Shown here in pieces: positions 10,323 through 20,023 of a stretch of 64,000 nucleotides of DNA; positions within the stretch are counted from its first letter, which is position 1, and each line of letters begins with the position of its first letter. Made by a program: the position numbers and the translations under genes. This DNA comes from Vulcanimicrobiota bacterium (GTDB lineage Bacteria; Vulcanimicrobiota; Vulcanimicrobiia; Vulcanimicrobiales; Vulcanimicrobiaceae), in contig OY968762.1 in assembly GCA_963695225.1 (NCBI GenBank), forward strand, positions 2,272,001-2,336,000, in the 5' to 3' direction. The notes under the pieces were generated by a model, which did not search any database, was not told the origin of the DNA, and saw only the letters and a program-made list of their open reading frames with translations.

Positions 10323-10964
10323 TTACGATGCGGTCTCCGCTTCAGCCCCGACGAGCGGGATCTCCGCCGCGCTGACGGACGGCGCCTCTTCCGTTTCCGT
10401 GATCGTACGCGGCGGTTCCACGGTGACGACGAGCGTGTCCGGAGGGGTGAGCAGCGTGAAGCCTTCGGGGAGCGCTATCTCTGCCGCCGTCAGGTGCTCG
10501 CGGATCCCGAGCCCGCTGACGTCGACGTCGATATGATCGGGGACGCGATCGGCGGGGCCGCTGACTTCGAGCGTGCGCGCGACGACGTCGAGGACGCCGG
10601 AGAGATCGCGAACGCCGGGGGAGACGCCGACCGCGACGACCGGCAGCGAGGCCGAGATCGTTTCGGAGGCGCCGATGCGCTGGAGGTCGACCGATATCAG
10701 CGCGTGCGAGAGCGCATCGCGCTCGACGCCCCGCAGCATCGCGGTGTCCGTCGCGCCGTCGATCGTGATCGTGAGCAGATGATTCTTGCCCCCGCGATGC
10801 AACAGTTCGTCCAGCGTCTTGGCATCGACCGCGATCGCCCGCGGCGGCGCGCCGTGGCCGAAGAGCACTCCGGGGACTTTCCCGGCACGCCGCAGGGCGC
10901 GCGCGCTCGTCGTGCCGGCCCGCTCGCGCGTTTCGACCGTCAGCGTTTCGCTGGTATTTTTCAA
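10323..10964 (-). CDS. rplY: 50S ribosomal protein L25/Ctc
   Basis: ARALRRAGKVPGVLFG; lies in the conserved prs-rplY-pth order. Confidence 0.92.
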   Translation of the reverse strand: MKNTSETLTVETRERAGTTSARALRRAGKVPGVLFGHGAPPRAIAVDAKTLDELLHRGGKNHLLTITIDGATDTAMLRGVERDALSHALISVDLQRIGASETISASLPVVAVGVSPGVRDLSGVLDVVARTLEVSGPADRVPDHIDVDVSGLGIREHLTAAEIALPEGFTLLTPPDTLVVTVEPPRTITETEEAPSVSAAEIPLVGAEAETAS

Positions 10965-10997
10965 GAAGGGCCTCCTCCGCGCCGGGCGCGGCGTTCG

Positions 10998-12050
10998 TTA
11001 AGTAGCGGTCAGTTCGGGTGCCGGCGTCGGCGGGACCAGCGGCAGCGGAACGCTGACGGAGGCAGCGGCGGCGGGGACGGGCACCGGCTCTTCGTCTTTT
11101 GCGAACAGCTCCGAAACCGACCGGTTCGAGGTGATGCGCTTGATCGCGTCGGCGAGGATCTGTGCGATCGACAGCATCTTGAACTTCGGGCCGAGTGCCA
11201 TGCTCGGCAGCGTGTTCGTGATGACGATCTGCTCGATCACCGAGTCGTTGAGCACGCGGACGGCATCGCCCGCGAAGATTCCGTGCGTCGCGCAGCAGAC
11301 GACCTTCGTCGCGCCGCGGTTCATCAGCGCTTCGGCCGCTTTCGCGAGCGTTCCGCCGGTGGAGATCATGTCGTCGACGACGACGGCGATCTTGCCGCGC
11401 ACGTCGCCGACGATGTCGGTCACTTCGGCGACGTCGGGTTCGGGGCGCCGCTTGAAGACGATCGCGAGCGTGCTCCGCAGGCGTTTTGCGAAGTTCTCGG
11501 CGCGCGCGACGCCGCCGGCATCCGGCGAGACCACGACGATGTCGCCGCCTTGCAGGCCCTGCTGCTTGAGATAGCCGCAGAGCGTCGGCGCCGCGACGAG
11601 ATTGTCGACCGGGAGATCGAAGAAGCCCTGGATCTGCGCCGCGTGGAGATCGACGGTCACGACGCGTTTCGCGCCGGCGACCGCGAGCATGTTCGCGACC
11701 AGCTTGGCCGAGATCGGCTCGCGCCCTTTCGTCTTCTTATCCTGCTTGGCGTACCCGTAATACGGAACGACCGCGGTGATCCGGTAGGCCGAGGCGCGCT
11801 TGAGCGCGTCCATCATCAAGAGCAGTTCCATCAGCGAATCGTTGACGCTGTTGCCCTCGGGCGTGTTGCAGACCGACTGCAGCACGAACACTTCCGCCCC
11901 GCGCACGTTCTCGCGGATTTCGATGCGGCACTCGCCGTTCTTGAACTTGTCGACGAGCGCGTGCCCGACGCGCGTCTCCATGCGCTGAGCGATCTCGCGC
12001 GCGAGCCCGGGATTGGACGTTCCGCTGAAAAGCAGAGGCTTCTGAATCAC
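10998..12050 (-). CDS. prs: ribose-phosphate pyrophosphokinase
   Basis: PYYGYAKQDKK, DLHAAQIQGFF, VSPDAGG, DDMISTGGT; GTG start after GAAGGAG. Confidence 0.95.
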   Translation of the reverse strand: MIQKPLLFSGTSNPGLAREIAQRMETRVGHALVDKFKNGECRIEIRENVRGAEVFVLQSVCNTPEGNSVNDSLMELLLMMDALKRASAYRITAVVPYYGYAKQDKKTKGREPISAKLVANMLAVAGAKRVVTVDLHAAQIQGFFDLPVDNLVAAPTLCGYLKQQGLQGGDIVVVSPDAGGVARAENFAKRLRSTLAIVFKRRPEPDVAEVTDIVGDVRGKIAVVVDDMISTGGTLAKAAEALMNRGATKVVCCATHGIFAGDAVRVLNDSVIEQIVITNTLPSMALGPKFKMLSIAQILADAIKRITSNRSVSELFAKDEEPVPVPAAAASVSVPLPLVPPTPAPELTAT

Positions 12051-12224
12051 GTTGGCGCTCCTTCCACGGGGAGACCGGAGTCTCACGACGAGGGGTAAGG
12101 GAACCGGGTAGGATTTATGGGTTCGCGGAGCGCGGACCGTCTCCCGGTCGCGACGTGGATTAGCTTGCATTCCCGCGCGTGCGGTTCCGAAACGCCGAGA
12201 CGCCTCGGCGGGTTCGAGAGGGAG

Positions 12225-14303
12225 ATGGAGACCTTGGCGGCCGGTCAGCTCCCCGGGCGGTTCGAACTCGTGACGCCGTATGCGCTCGCGGGCGACCAGC
12301 CCGTGGCGACGGAGCGGCTCGCGGCAGGAATCCTGCGGGGCGACCGGGCCCAGACGCTGCTCGGCGTGACGGGGAGCGGCAAGACGCTCGCGATGGCGCG
12401 CACGATCGAACTCGTCCAGAAGCCGACGCTCGTCCTCTGCCACAACAAACTGCTCGCGGCCCAGCTGTGCGCCGAGTTCCGCGATTTCTTCCCGCACAAT
12501 GCGGTCGAGTACTTCGTCTCCTACTTCGACTACTACCAGCCCGAGGCGTACGTGCCGCACACGGACACGTACATCGAGAAGGACAGCTCGATCAACGACG
12601 AGATCGAACGTCTGCGTCACTCGGCGACTCAATCGATCCTAACCCGGCGCGACACGCTCGTCGTCGCTTCGGTTTCGTGCATTTACGGCCTGGGTTCGCC
12701 CGCCGATTACGTGGAGCTCTCGCTGCGCATCGCCGTCGGGGAGGAGCAGGACCGCGACCGGGTCCTGCGCCGGCTCGTCGATATGCAATACCGCCGGAAC
12801 GATCTCAACCTCGTGCGGGGCACGTTCCGGGTGCGCGGAGATACGCTGGAGTTCGTCGGCATCGACGAGGATCTCGTGCACCGCATCGAGTTCTTCGGGG
12901 ACGAGATCGAAGCGATCCACCTCGTCAATCAGATGACGGGCGAGTACGTCGAATCGAAGAGCGAGCTGTTGATCTTCCCCGCGAAGCACTTCATCACGCC
13001 GGAGGAGAAGTTGCGCCGCGCGATCGCCGGGATCGAGCTCGAGCTCGAGGAGCGTTTGCGCTATTTCCGCGACAACGGGAAGCTGCTGGAGGCGCAGCGG
13101 CTCGAAATGCGCACGCGCTACGATCTCGACATGCTGCGCGAAGTCGGCTACTGCAACGGCGTCGAGAACTACTCGCGCCACCTCGCCGGCCGCGAGGCCG
13201 GCTCGACGCCGTGGTGCTTGCTCGACTTCTTCCCTGACGATTGGCTGCTCTTCGTCGACGAGTCGCACGTTTCGATCCCGCAGGCCGGGGGGATGTACGG
13301 TGGAGACCGCTCGCGCAAGGAGATCCTCGTGGAGCACGGCTTCCGGCTCCCGAGCGCGCTCGACAACCGGCCGCTGACGTTCGGCGAGTTCCGCGAGCAC
13401 GTCAAGCAGGTCGTCTACGTTTCCGCGACGCCCGCCGCCTACGAAATCGGAGAATCCACGCAGGTCGTGGAGATGATCATTCGCCCGACGGGGCTCGTCG
13501 ATCCGGAGGTCGAGGTCCGCCCGACGAAGCATCAGGTCGACGATTTGATGGAGGAGATCCGCGCGCGCGCGGCGCGCGGGGAGCGCGTCCTCGTCACGAC
13601 GCTCACGAAGAAGATGGCCGAAGACCTAACGGAGTTCTTGCTGGAGAACGGCCTGCGCGTACGCTATCTGCACAGCGAGATCGAAACGCTCGAGCGCATC
13701 GCGATACTGCGCGACCTGCGCAAGGGACTCTTCGACATCCTGGTCGGGATCAATCTGTTGCGCGAGGGGCTCGACCTCCCGGAGGTTTCGCTCGTCGGCA
13801 TCCTCGACGCGGATAAAGAAGGGTATCTGCGCAGCGGAACGTCGCTGATCCAGACGATCGGGCGCGCGGCCCGCAACGTCGAGGGGAAAGTGATCATGTA
13901 CGCCGACGTCGTCACGCAATCGATGGCGAAAGCGATCGGCGAGACGAAGCGGCGCCGCGAGCGGCAAGTCGCCTTCAATCTGGAGCACGGGATCGAACCG
14001 CACTCGATCCGCAAGGAAGTGCGCGACATTCTGAGCCTGGTCGAGTCGCACGAAGTCGAAGGCTCGAACGCGAAGGCGCTGCGCGGCGAGAAGCTTCCGC
14101 GCGAGGTCGCGACGGCGATGGCGAACGAGATCGAGAAGAAGATGAAGGAAGCCGCCGGCAACCTCGAGTTCGAGAAGGCCGCGGCGCTCCGCGACGAGCT
14201 GCTCGAATTGCGCAAGCAGATCGGCGGAAACGAGAGCATCCTGTTCCAGGGCAAGGCCCCGAAGATTTTCCAGCACGCCCTCAAAGAGCTGATCGGATCC
14301 TAA
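12225..14303 (+). CDS. uvrB: excinuclease ABC subunit B
   Basis: [33 protein letters not shown]-terminal UVR coil. Confidence 0.97.
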   Translation: METLAAGQLPGRFELVTPYALAGDQPVATERLAAGILRGDRAQTLLGVTGSGKTLAMARTIELVQKPTLVLCHNKLLAAQLCAEFRDFFPHNAVEYFVSYFDYYQPEAYVPHTDTYIEKDSSINDEIERLRHSATQSILTRRDTLVVASVSCIYGLGSPADYVELSLRIAVGEEQDRDRVLRRLVDMQYRRNDLNLVRGTFRVRGDTLEFVGIDEDLVHRIEFFGDEIEAIHLVNQMTGEYVESKSELLIFPAKHFITPEEKLRRAIAGIELELEERLRYFRDNGKLLEAQRLEMRTRYDLDMLREVGYCNGVENYSRHLAGREAGSTPWCLLDFFPDDWLLFVDESHVSIPQAGGMYGGDRSRKEILVEHGFRLPSALDNRPLTFGEFREHVKQVVYVSATPAAYEIGESTQVVEMIIRPTGLVDPEVEVRPTKHQVDDLMEEIRARAARGERVLVTTLTKKMAEDLTEFLLENGLRVRYLHSEIETLERIAILRDLRKGLFDILVGINLLREGLDLPEVSLVGILDADKEGYLRSGTSLIQTIGRAARNVEGKVIMYADVVTQSMAKAIGETKRRRERQVAFNLEHGIEPHSIRKEVRDILSLVESHEVEGSNAKALRGEKLPREVATAMANEIEKKMKEAAGNLEFEKAAALRDELLELRKQIGGNESILFQGKAPKIFQHALKELIGS

Positions 14304-14337
14304 GCCGGGCGGGAGACGCCTGGGGCGCCATGGTGGC

Positions 14338-14367
14338 TTGACAGTCGCATTGTAGTAGTGGTACTCG
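14338..14367 (+). promoter_or_regulatory. putative sigma70 promoter for the leader peptide / tRNA-Cys unit
   Basis: Perfect TTGACA at 14338-14343; weak TG-n-TACTCG -10 at 14359-14367. Confidence 0.55.
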
Positions 14368-14377
14368 TTAGCTCGAT

Positions 14378-14461
14378 ATGATTGCTTCGAGCGAGATCTG
14401 CCGAGTCGCGTGTTCGTGTTGTTGCGTCCTTGAAAGGCCGGCTTGCATCTGCGCGTTCTGA
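14378..14461 (+). CDS. 27-aa cysteine-rich leader peptide MIASSEICRVACSCCCVLERPACICAF
   Basis: Hand translation: 7 Cys of 27 codons including CSCCC; sits between promoter and terminator upstream of tRNA-Cys. Confidence 0.7.
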   Translation: MIASSEICRVACSCCCVLERPACICAF

Positions 14462-14488
14462 TCGCTCATGAGCGGAACCTGAAGCAAG

Positions 14489-14513
14489 CCGTCCGGCCAC
14501 CGGACGGTTTTTT
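14489..14513 (+). terminator. intrinsic terminator / attenuator upstream of tRNA-Cys
   Basis: CCGTCCGG-cca-CCGGACGG followed by TTTTTT. Confidence 0.85.
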
Positions 14514-14527
14514 GTTTGTGGAATCGT

Positions 14528-14598
14528 GGCGGCGTAGCCAAGTGGTAAGGCAGGAGACTGCAAATCTCTGACCGTGGGTTCGAATCCCGCCGTCGCCT
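14528..14598 (+). tRNA. tRNA-Cys(GCA), CCA not encoded
   Basis: Acceptor GGCGGCG/CGTCGCC, anticodon loop CTGCAAA, GTTCGAATC T-loop, U discriminator. Confidence 0.96.
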
Positions 14599-14705
14599 CG
14601 TAACGCCCATCGGATGCCGGAGCGCGGCCTCGGCAGCAAGCAGTTGGACGGCATCGCGCCGCGGGGCCGACCCCGGCGCGCAGACGTGCGAGCGGGATTG
14701 CAGGT

Positions 14706-15908
14706 TCAGACGGCGGCGGCGGCTGTCGCAGCGGCGGGCTTGCGCCGTTGGAACGGCAACTCGAATTTCAGGTGGAACGCGTACGCGGCCAATACCGTGA
14801 GCGGGATGTAGACGAACAGCGCGAGCGCGCCTTGGATCGCGATGGAATCCGTAAAGCCGCTCGTGATCCCGACGAGTAATCGCAGGATCGGGAAGTGGAT
14901 CAGATAGAGGCTGTACGAGAAGCGGCCGAGCCGGCCGAGCGGCGCGAATTCGAGGAACTTCACGATCGCATGGGCGAGCGTGCGCGGTCCGCCGCGATAC
15001 CCCGTTTGCGTGTACATGACGAAACTGGTCACGGCGGCGCCGAGCGTCAGGTTCTGAAAGATCCCCTCCGCGTACGTCGTGTCGATCGGCGACCGGACGA
15101 TCTGAACGATCGCGCCGGCTCCGAAGGCGAGCCACAGCCAGCCCCACGGAACGCGCGACACGAGATTCTGGAAGCGCCCCGGAACCGGGCTCAGCAGCGC
15201 GCACGCGAGCACGCCCATCGAGTACAGGACGATGAACCACGGACGCGTCCAATCGAGCAGGCCGTGGAACAGGAAATGCGGCGCGAGGCCGATCCCCGCC
15301 GCGACCGCGAGTTGCGCCCAGGGCCCGAAGCGCTGCAGTACCGGGAGGAAGACGAACGCGAACAGCGCGTAGCACTGGAACTCGAGAGCGAGATTCCAGA
15401 GCGCGTCGTTGATGTACAGGTTCGTCAGCGGGTGGAGGTTGTGGATCATCAAGACGTGCGCCGCCGTGCCGACCGCGAGCGCGAGCGGCTTGACCGGCAT
15501 GTGCATGACGAGCAGCCAGGCCACGAACAGAACGACCGAGATCGCCAGCGCGACGTAATACGGTGCGAGCAGCCGCTCGAAACGCCGGTGGAAGAAGGCT
15601 TCGACGCTGGGCAGTTGCCACGTCGCAGACTTCGCCGCCGGCAGCATCAGGAGAAAGCCCGAGATCACGAAAAACGCGGCGACGCGGAAATCGCCGTACC
15701 GCATCCAGTTCGTCAGGTGCTCGTACGCCGCCGGGATCGGGCCGTGCTTCCCCTCGAGCAAGAGATAGTTCAGGTGGAACAGCATCACGTAGAGCGCCGA
15801 CATGCCCCGGATGCCGTAGAAGTAGGCGATCTCTTTCTTCTGCGCCGGGCGTGACGAGGCTCGGACGCCGAAAGCGCCAAGGCTGCCCGAAGCTACGTCG
15901 AGAGTCAC
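14706..15908 (-). CDS. acyltransferase family 3 (OafA-like) membrane protein
   Basis: GIRGMSALYVMLFH, FFVISGFLL, WNLALEFQCY, SYSLYLIHFP. Confidence 0.9.
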   Translation of the reverse strand: MTLDVASGSLGAFGVRASSRPAQKKEIAYFYGIRGMSALYVMLFHLNYLLLEGKHGPIPAAYEHLTNWMRYGDFRVAAFFVISGFLLMLPAAKSATWQLPSVEAFFHRRFERLLAPYYVALAISVVLFVAWLLVMHMPVKPLALAVGTAAHVLMIHNLHPLTNLYINDALWNLALEFQCYALFAFVFLPVLQRFGPWAQLAVAAGIGLAPHFLFHGLLDWTRPWFIVLYSMGVLACALLSPVPGRFQNLVSRVPWGWLWLAFGAGAIVQIVRSPIDTTYAEGIFQNLTLGAAVTSFVMYTQTGYRGGPRTLAHAIVKFLEFAPLGRLGRFSYSLYLIHFPILRLLVGITSGFTDSIAIQGALALFVYIPLTVLAAYAFHLKFELPFQRRKPAAATAAAAV

Positions 15909-15967
15909 GGTTCCGGCGAGATTGGAGTTCGAAGGGCGCCGGCCTTCGTTCTTTAGGGACCCATCTC

Positions 15968-18487
15968 GTGGGCCTTTTGGCGCCCCGGGGCGCCGGGCCG
16001 CCCGCGGAGAACGGAACGCCCGTGGAGGCTCCGAACGGCGTCATTCGGCTTGCGGCAGGTGCCTCCGACGAGGCGATCGTCGAGCTCCTCGGGACGCTCC
16101 CGGCCTGCGAGCGCGCCGTCGAGTTGAGCTACCGGACAAAGACGGGCGCGCTCCTGCGCTGTGACGGCGCGATCGCCGGAGCATTCGACCGGGAGCACGA
16201 ATGCGTCGTGCTTCCTCCAGCCGGAGTGCCGCGCCGGCTCGCGCTCCGGGTCGAGCGGCGCTCCCTTCCGGTCGCGGGCCTGCCCTCGGGGCCGGGGCTG
16301 CGCTGGAACCTGATGCTGCGCGGTGCGGAGCGCGCGCCGGAGCGCGTCGTGCGCCGGCGCGTGCTCGACGGCGAGGCCCCCGGCCCGTCCGGGCCGCGCG
16401 GGGATCTCCCGCTGCTCGGGCACGCGCACCTCGACGTCGCCTGGCTCTGGACGTACGCCGAGACGCGGCGCAAGGCGCTGCGCACGTTCGCGATCGCGGA
16501 GCGCCAGCTCGCGCGGGATCCGGAATTCATCTTCCTTCAGAGTCAGCCGCAGCTCTACGCGTTCGTCGCCGAAGAGGACGCGGAATTCTCCACCCGCATC
16601 GAGCAGCTCGCCCGCGCCGGGCGCTTCGATGCGAGCGGGGCCGCGATGTGGGTCGAGCCTGATTGCAACCTTCCCTCCGGCGAATCGCTCCTGCGGCAGC
16701 TCGCGTTCGGGATCGCGTACGCTCGCGAGCATCTTGGGACGGAGCCGAGCGTCGCTTGGCTGCCCGATTCGTTCGGTTTCGCGAACACGCTCCCGACGCT
16801 GCTCGCGCACGCCGGCGTTCTCCGCTTCGCAACCGCGAAGCTCGAGTGGAACGACACCGTCCCCTTTCCGTACCGGTCGTTCTGGTGGGAGGGGCCTGAC
16901 GGGAGCCGGGTGCTCGCGGCTGCGCTTGCGGCCTACGAGGGCCCGCTCGACGAAGCGCGCGCCGCGCTCGCCCGCGAGCGAGGGGAGCCGCTCGTCATCG
17001 GCTACGGCGACGGCGGCGGCGGCGTGACCGAAGCGATGCTCGCCGCCGCGCCGCGGACCGGCCGCTGGACGACGCTCGCCGGCTGGTTCGAGGGACTCGC
17101 CGCGCGCTCGGCGGATCTCCCGGTCCACCGCGGCGAGTTGTACCTCGAATACCACCGCGGCGTCGCCACCACCCACCACGGGATCAAGGCGCGCAACGCC
17201 GCGCTCGAGCGGGCGCTGCGCGGCGCCGAGGAGCTCGCTGCTTGGGCGCTCGTGCTGCGCGCCTCGCCGTTCTTCCGCGACGAAGTGCGGGCGAAGCTTC
17301 GCGAAGCTTGGGAAATCGTGCTGCGAAACCAATTCCACGACGTGCTGCCGGGGACGTCGATCGGGGCGGTGTACGAAGACGCGCGGCGCGAGTACGAGCG
17401 GGCGGACACGCTCGTCGGCCAGATCGCCGCGAGCGCGGCGGTGATGCTGCCCCGGGCGCCGGAGCGCGCGGGGTCGGGGTTGCGGCCGCCGGAGGCGTCC
17501 GGCGACGGCTTCCGTTTCGAAAACGCCGCGCTCGCCGCGACGTTCGCAGCGAATGGGGCGCTCGTCGATCTGCGGATCCCCGGCGGGCGGAACCTCGTTC
17601 GCCGGGCGCACGAGGTGAAGGCCTACCGCGACCGGCCTCGTGCATGGGAAGCCTGGAACGTCGACCGCGAGTACCGGACGCAGCCGCTTTCCGTCTCGGC
17701 CGTCGCGTGCGAGATCGTCGAGGGCGGGCTGCAGGTCGAGTACCGGATCGGCCGTTCCCCGGCGCTCGCGAGGATCACGCTTGCGGCGAACGAGCCGTTC
17801 CTGCGCGTGGCGCTCGCGGTCGACTGGCGCGAGCGCCGCACCTTGCTGCGCATCGAGAACGAGCTCGAACTCGCGGGCGCCCGCGCCCGCTTCGGGACGC
17901 CGCACGGAACGCTCGAACGCCCGGTTGAGGCGCGCACGGATGCGGAGCGTGCGAAGTTCGAGTTCGCCGCGCAACGCTTCGCGTACGTCGCCGCGGCGGA
18001 CGGGGGCTTGGCGCTGCTCGCGCTCGACACGTACGGGTGGAGCCTCTCCGGCGACGCGCGCGGCGTGCGCTTGGGGCACTCGCTGCTGCGGGGCACGACC
18101 TGGCCGGACCCGGATGCCGACCTGGGCCTGCAGACGTTGGAATACGCGTATCTGCCGTTCGCGGAATGCTCGATCGGGGAGCTCGAGCTCGTCTGGGAAC
18201 GCTTCGCGGGGATCGGGGGCGTCGCGCTCTTTTCATCCGCCGATCCGGCCGTCCACGTGACTGCGACGAAACCCGCCGAAGACGGCGACGGCGCGATCGT
18301 GCGCGTGCGCGAATGCGACGGCGCCGCGCGCGACGTGCGGCTGAGATGTGCGGCGCGCGCGAGAGACGTCTCGTGCGTCGATGCGCTCGAACGGCCGGTG
18401 CGCGGCGACGTCGCGCTGAAGGATGGAATCGTGGAAGCGACGATCGGCCCTTACGCGTTGCGTTCGTTTCGGGTGCGCTTCGCATGA
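15968..18487 (+). CDS. glycoside hydrolase family 38 (alpha-mannosidase-like)
   Basis: GHAHLDVAWLW, WLPDSFG, GYGDGGGG, GELYLEYHRG, NQFHDVLPGTSI; start uncertain. Confidence 0.88.
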   Translation: MGLLAPRGAGPPAENGTPVEAPNGVIRLAAGASDEAIVELLGTLPACERAVELSYRTKTGALLRCDGAIAGAFDREHECVVLPPAGVPRRLALRVERRSLPVAGLPSGPGLRWNLMLRGAERAPERVVRRRVLDGEAPGPSGPRGDLPLLGHAHLDVAWLWTYAETRRKALRTFAIAERQLARDPEFIFLQSQPQLYAFVAEEDAEFSTRIEQLARAGRFDASGAAMWVEPDCNLPSGESLLRQLAFGIAYAREHLGTEPSVAWLPDSFGFANTLPTLLAHAGVLRFATAKLEWNDTVPFPYRSFWWEGPDGSRVLAAALAAYEGPLDEARAALARERGEPLVIGYGDGGGGVTEAMLAAAPRTGRWTTLAGWFEGLAARSADLPVHRGELYLEYHRGVATTHHGIKARNAALERALRGAEELAAWALVLRASPFFRDEVRAKLREAWEIVLRNQFHDVLPGTSIGAVYEDARREYERADTLVGQIAASAAVMLPRAPERAGSGLRPPEASGDGFRFENAALAATFAANGALVDLRIPGGRNLVRRAHEVKAYRDRPRAWEAWNVDREYRTQPLSVSAVACEIVEGGLQVEYRIGRSPALARITLAANEPFLRVALAVDWRERRTLLRIENELELAGARARFGTPHGTLERPVEARTDAERAKFEFAAQRFAYVAAADGGLALLALDTYGWSLSGDARGVRLGHSLLRGTTWPDPDADLGLQTLEYAYLPFAECSIGELELVWERFAGIGGVALFSSADPAVHVTATKPAEDGDGAIVRVRECDGAARDVRLRCAARARDVSCVDALERPVRGDVALKDGIVEATIGPYALRSFRVRFA

Positions 18488-19215
18488 TCGATGCCGTGCT
18501 CTTCGATCTCGACGATACGCTCCACGACGACACGGAGGCGTACCGGCGCGCGGCGGCCGACGTCGCGGAGGAGATCGCGCGCGAACGGGCGGTGTCTGCC
18601 GAGCGGCTGCTCGCTTCGTACATCTTGGAGACTGAGGCGTTTTGGAAACGGCTCTCCCCGGAGAATTTCAGAAAGCCGCTCTCCGGCGTTCGCGAGCGGA
18701 TGTGGAGCGTGGCGCTCGCCGAGGTTGGGGTGGTCGATGCCGCGCTGGCTGCGCGGAGCGCCGAATTTTATAACCGCCGGCGCAATCACTACTTGCAACT
18801 TTGGCCCGGCGTCGCCGAGTTGCTCCTCGATCTGCGCGCCGCCGGGTGCAAGCTCGCGCTGATCACGAACGGTTTCGCGGAGACGCACAACGAGAAGATC
18901 GAACGGCTCGGGTTGGCGGGGAGCTTCGACGCGATCTTCATCGCCGACGAGGTCGGGATGCTCAAGCCGGATCCGCGCCTCTTCGCGCACGCTTGCGAGC
19001 GCCTCGGCGTCGCGCCGGAGCGGGCCGTGATGGTCGGCGACCGTTACCATCGCGACGTCACGGGAGCGCATGCGGCCGGTCTCGGAACGATTTGGCTCGA
19101 CATTCACGCGGAGCGTATTCCGGCCGGCGGTCCGCACCCGGACGTCGTCGTTGCCGGTGTCGGCGAAGTCGCGGGAGCGATCGCGGAATTGCGCGCGCGC
19201 CGCGGCAGGCGATGA
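18484..19215 (+). CDS. HAD-superfamily hydrolase
   Basis: FDLDDTL, ITNG, KPDP, VGD motifs; ATGA overlap with upstream gene. Confidence 0.9.
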   Translation: MIDAVLFDLDDTLHDDTEAYRRAAADVAEEIARERAVSAERLLASYILETEAFWKRLSPENFRKPLSGVRERMWSVALAEVGVVDAALAARSAEFYNRRRNHYLQLWPGVAELLLDLRAAGCKLALITNGFAETHNEKIERLGLAGSFDAIFIADEVGMLKPDPRLFAHACERLGVAPERAVMVGDRYHRDVTGAHAAGLGTIWLDIHAERIPAGGPHPDVVVAGVGEVAGAIAELRARRGRR

Positions 19216-19233
19216 ACCCGGCAAGCGGAATCG

Positions 19234-19953
19234 ATGACCATGGACGCGGCGTCGGTCGGAGCGGTTTTTGCGCGAGCGTGGGGACTGCTGCGCCGCAATC
19301 TGACGATCGTGGTTCCGGGGCTCGTCGTCGGCGCGTTGATCGGCCTCGTGAGCGCGTACTTGGCGCCGCCCGTTGCGCCGGATGACGTGTCGGCCGGGCT
19401 CGCCCGCCCGTACGATTCGTTCGCGCGATTGCTCGTCATGACCGTCTCCGTCATCGCGACGGTGCTGACGATCTCGTACACGACCGGAATGGCTAGTTCG
19501 GCTTGGAAGAATGGGCGAGCGACGTTCGCGGACGGCTCGCGCGCGTTCCGGCACGACGCCGGCAACGTGCTCGTCGCGCTCGGTTCCCTCTTCGCGTTAG
19601 GCTTCGTCGCCTCGCTGCTGGCGCCGTTCACGTTCTTCTGCTCGCTGATCGCGTACGTGTTCTTCGGCATCTACACGATGCCGTCGGTCATCGTCGGCGA
19701 GCGCAACGGCTTCGCCTCGATCGCCGAATCCGCCGCGATCGCGTGGCGCCGCCCGGTGACGACGGGGCTGCTCGTCGGCGGGCTCTTCGCGATCCTCATC
19801 GCCATGGGGGTCGTCACGAACCTTCTGTCTGCGACGCCGTATGTCGGGCAGATCTTCGCGAACGTCGTCGTGCAGGCCGTCGTCGCATACTTCACGCTCG
19901 TGCTGGTCGGGGAGTACCTGACGCTCGCCGGAGAGGGCTCGCTGGCGACATGA
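19234..19953 (+). CDS. integral membrane protein, function unknown
   Basis: About 6 hydrophobic segments; operonic position. Confidence 0.7.
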   Translation: MTMDAASVGAVFARAWGLLRRNLTIVVPGLVVGALIGLVSAYLAPPVAPDDVSAGLARPYDSFARLLVMTVSVIATVLTISYTTGMASSAWKNGRATFADGSRAFRHDAGNVLVALGSLFALGFVASLLAPFTFFCSLIAYVFFGIYTMPSVIVGERNGFASIAESAAIAWRRPVTTGLLVGGLFAILIAMGVVTNLLSATPYVGQIFANVVVQAVVAYFTLVLVGEYLTLAGEGSLAT

Positions 19954-20023
19954 ACCGCGGCCGAGCGCGGGGAGCGGTTCCCGCGGGCTGCAACGGCCGG
20001 TGGTCCGCAGCGGTCTCACCTCC

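Noticed and set aside
14370..14513. 6S RNA or T-box riboswitch upstream of tRNA-Cys
   Set aside because: Long-range pairing exists (TTGCTTC/GAAGCAA), but there is no T-box UGGNACC motif and the region is short for 6S. The Cys-codon ORF explains it better. Not fully excluded without an Rfam search.
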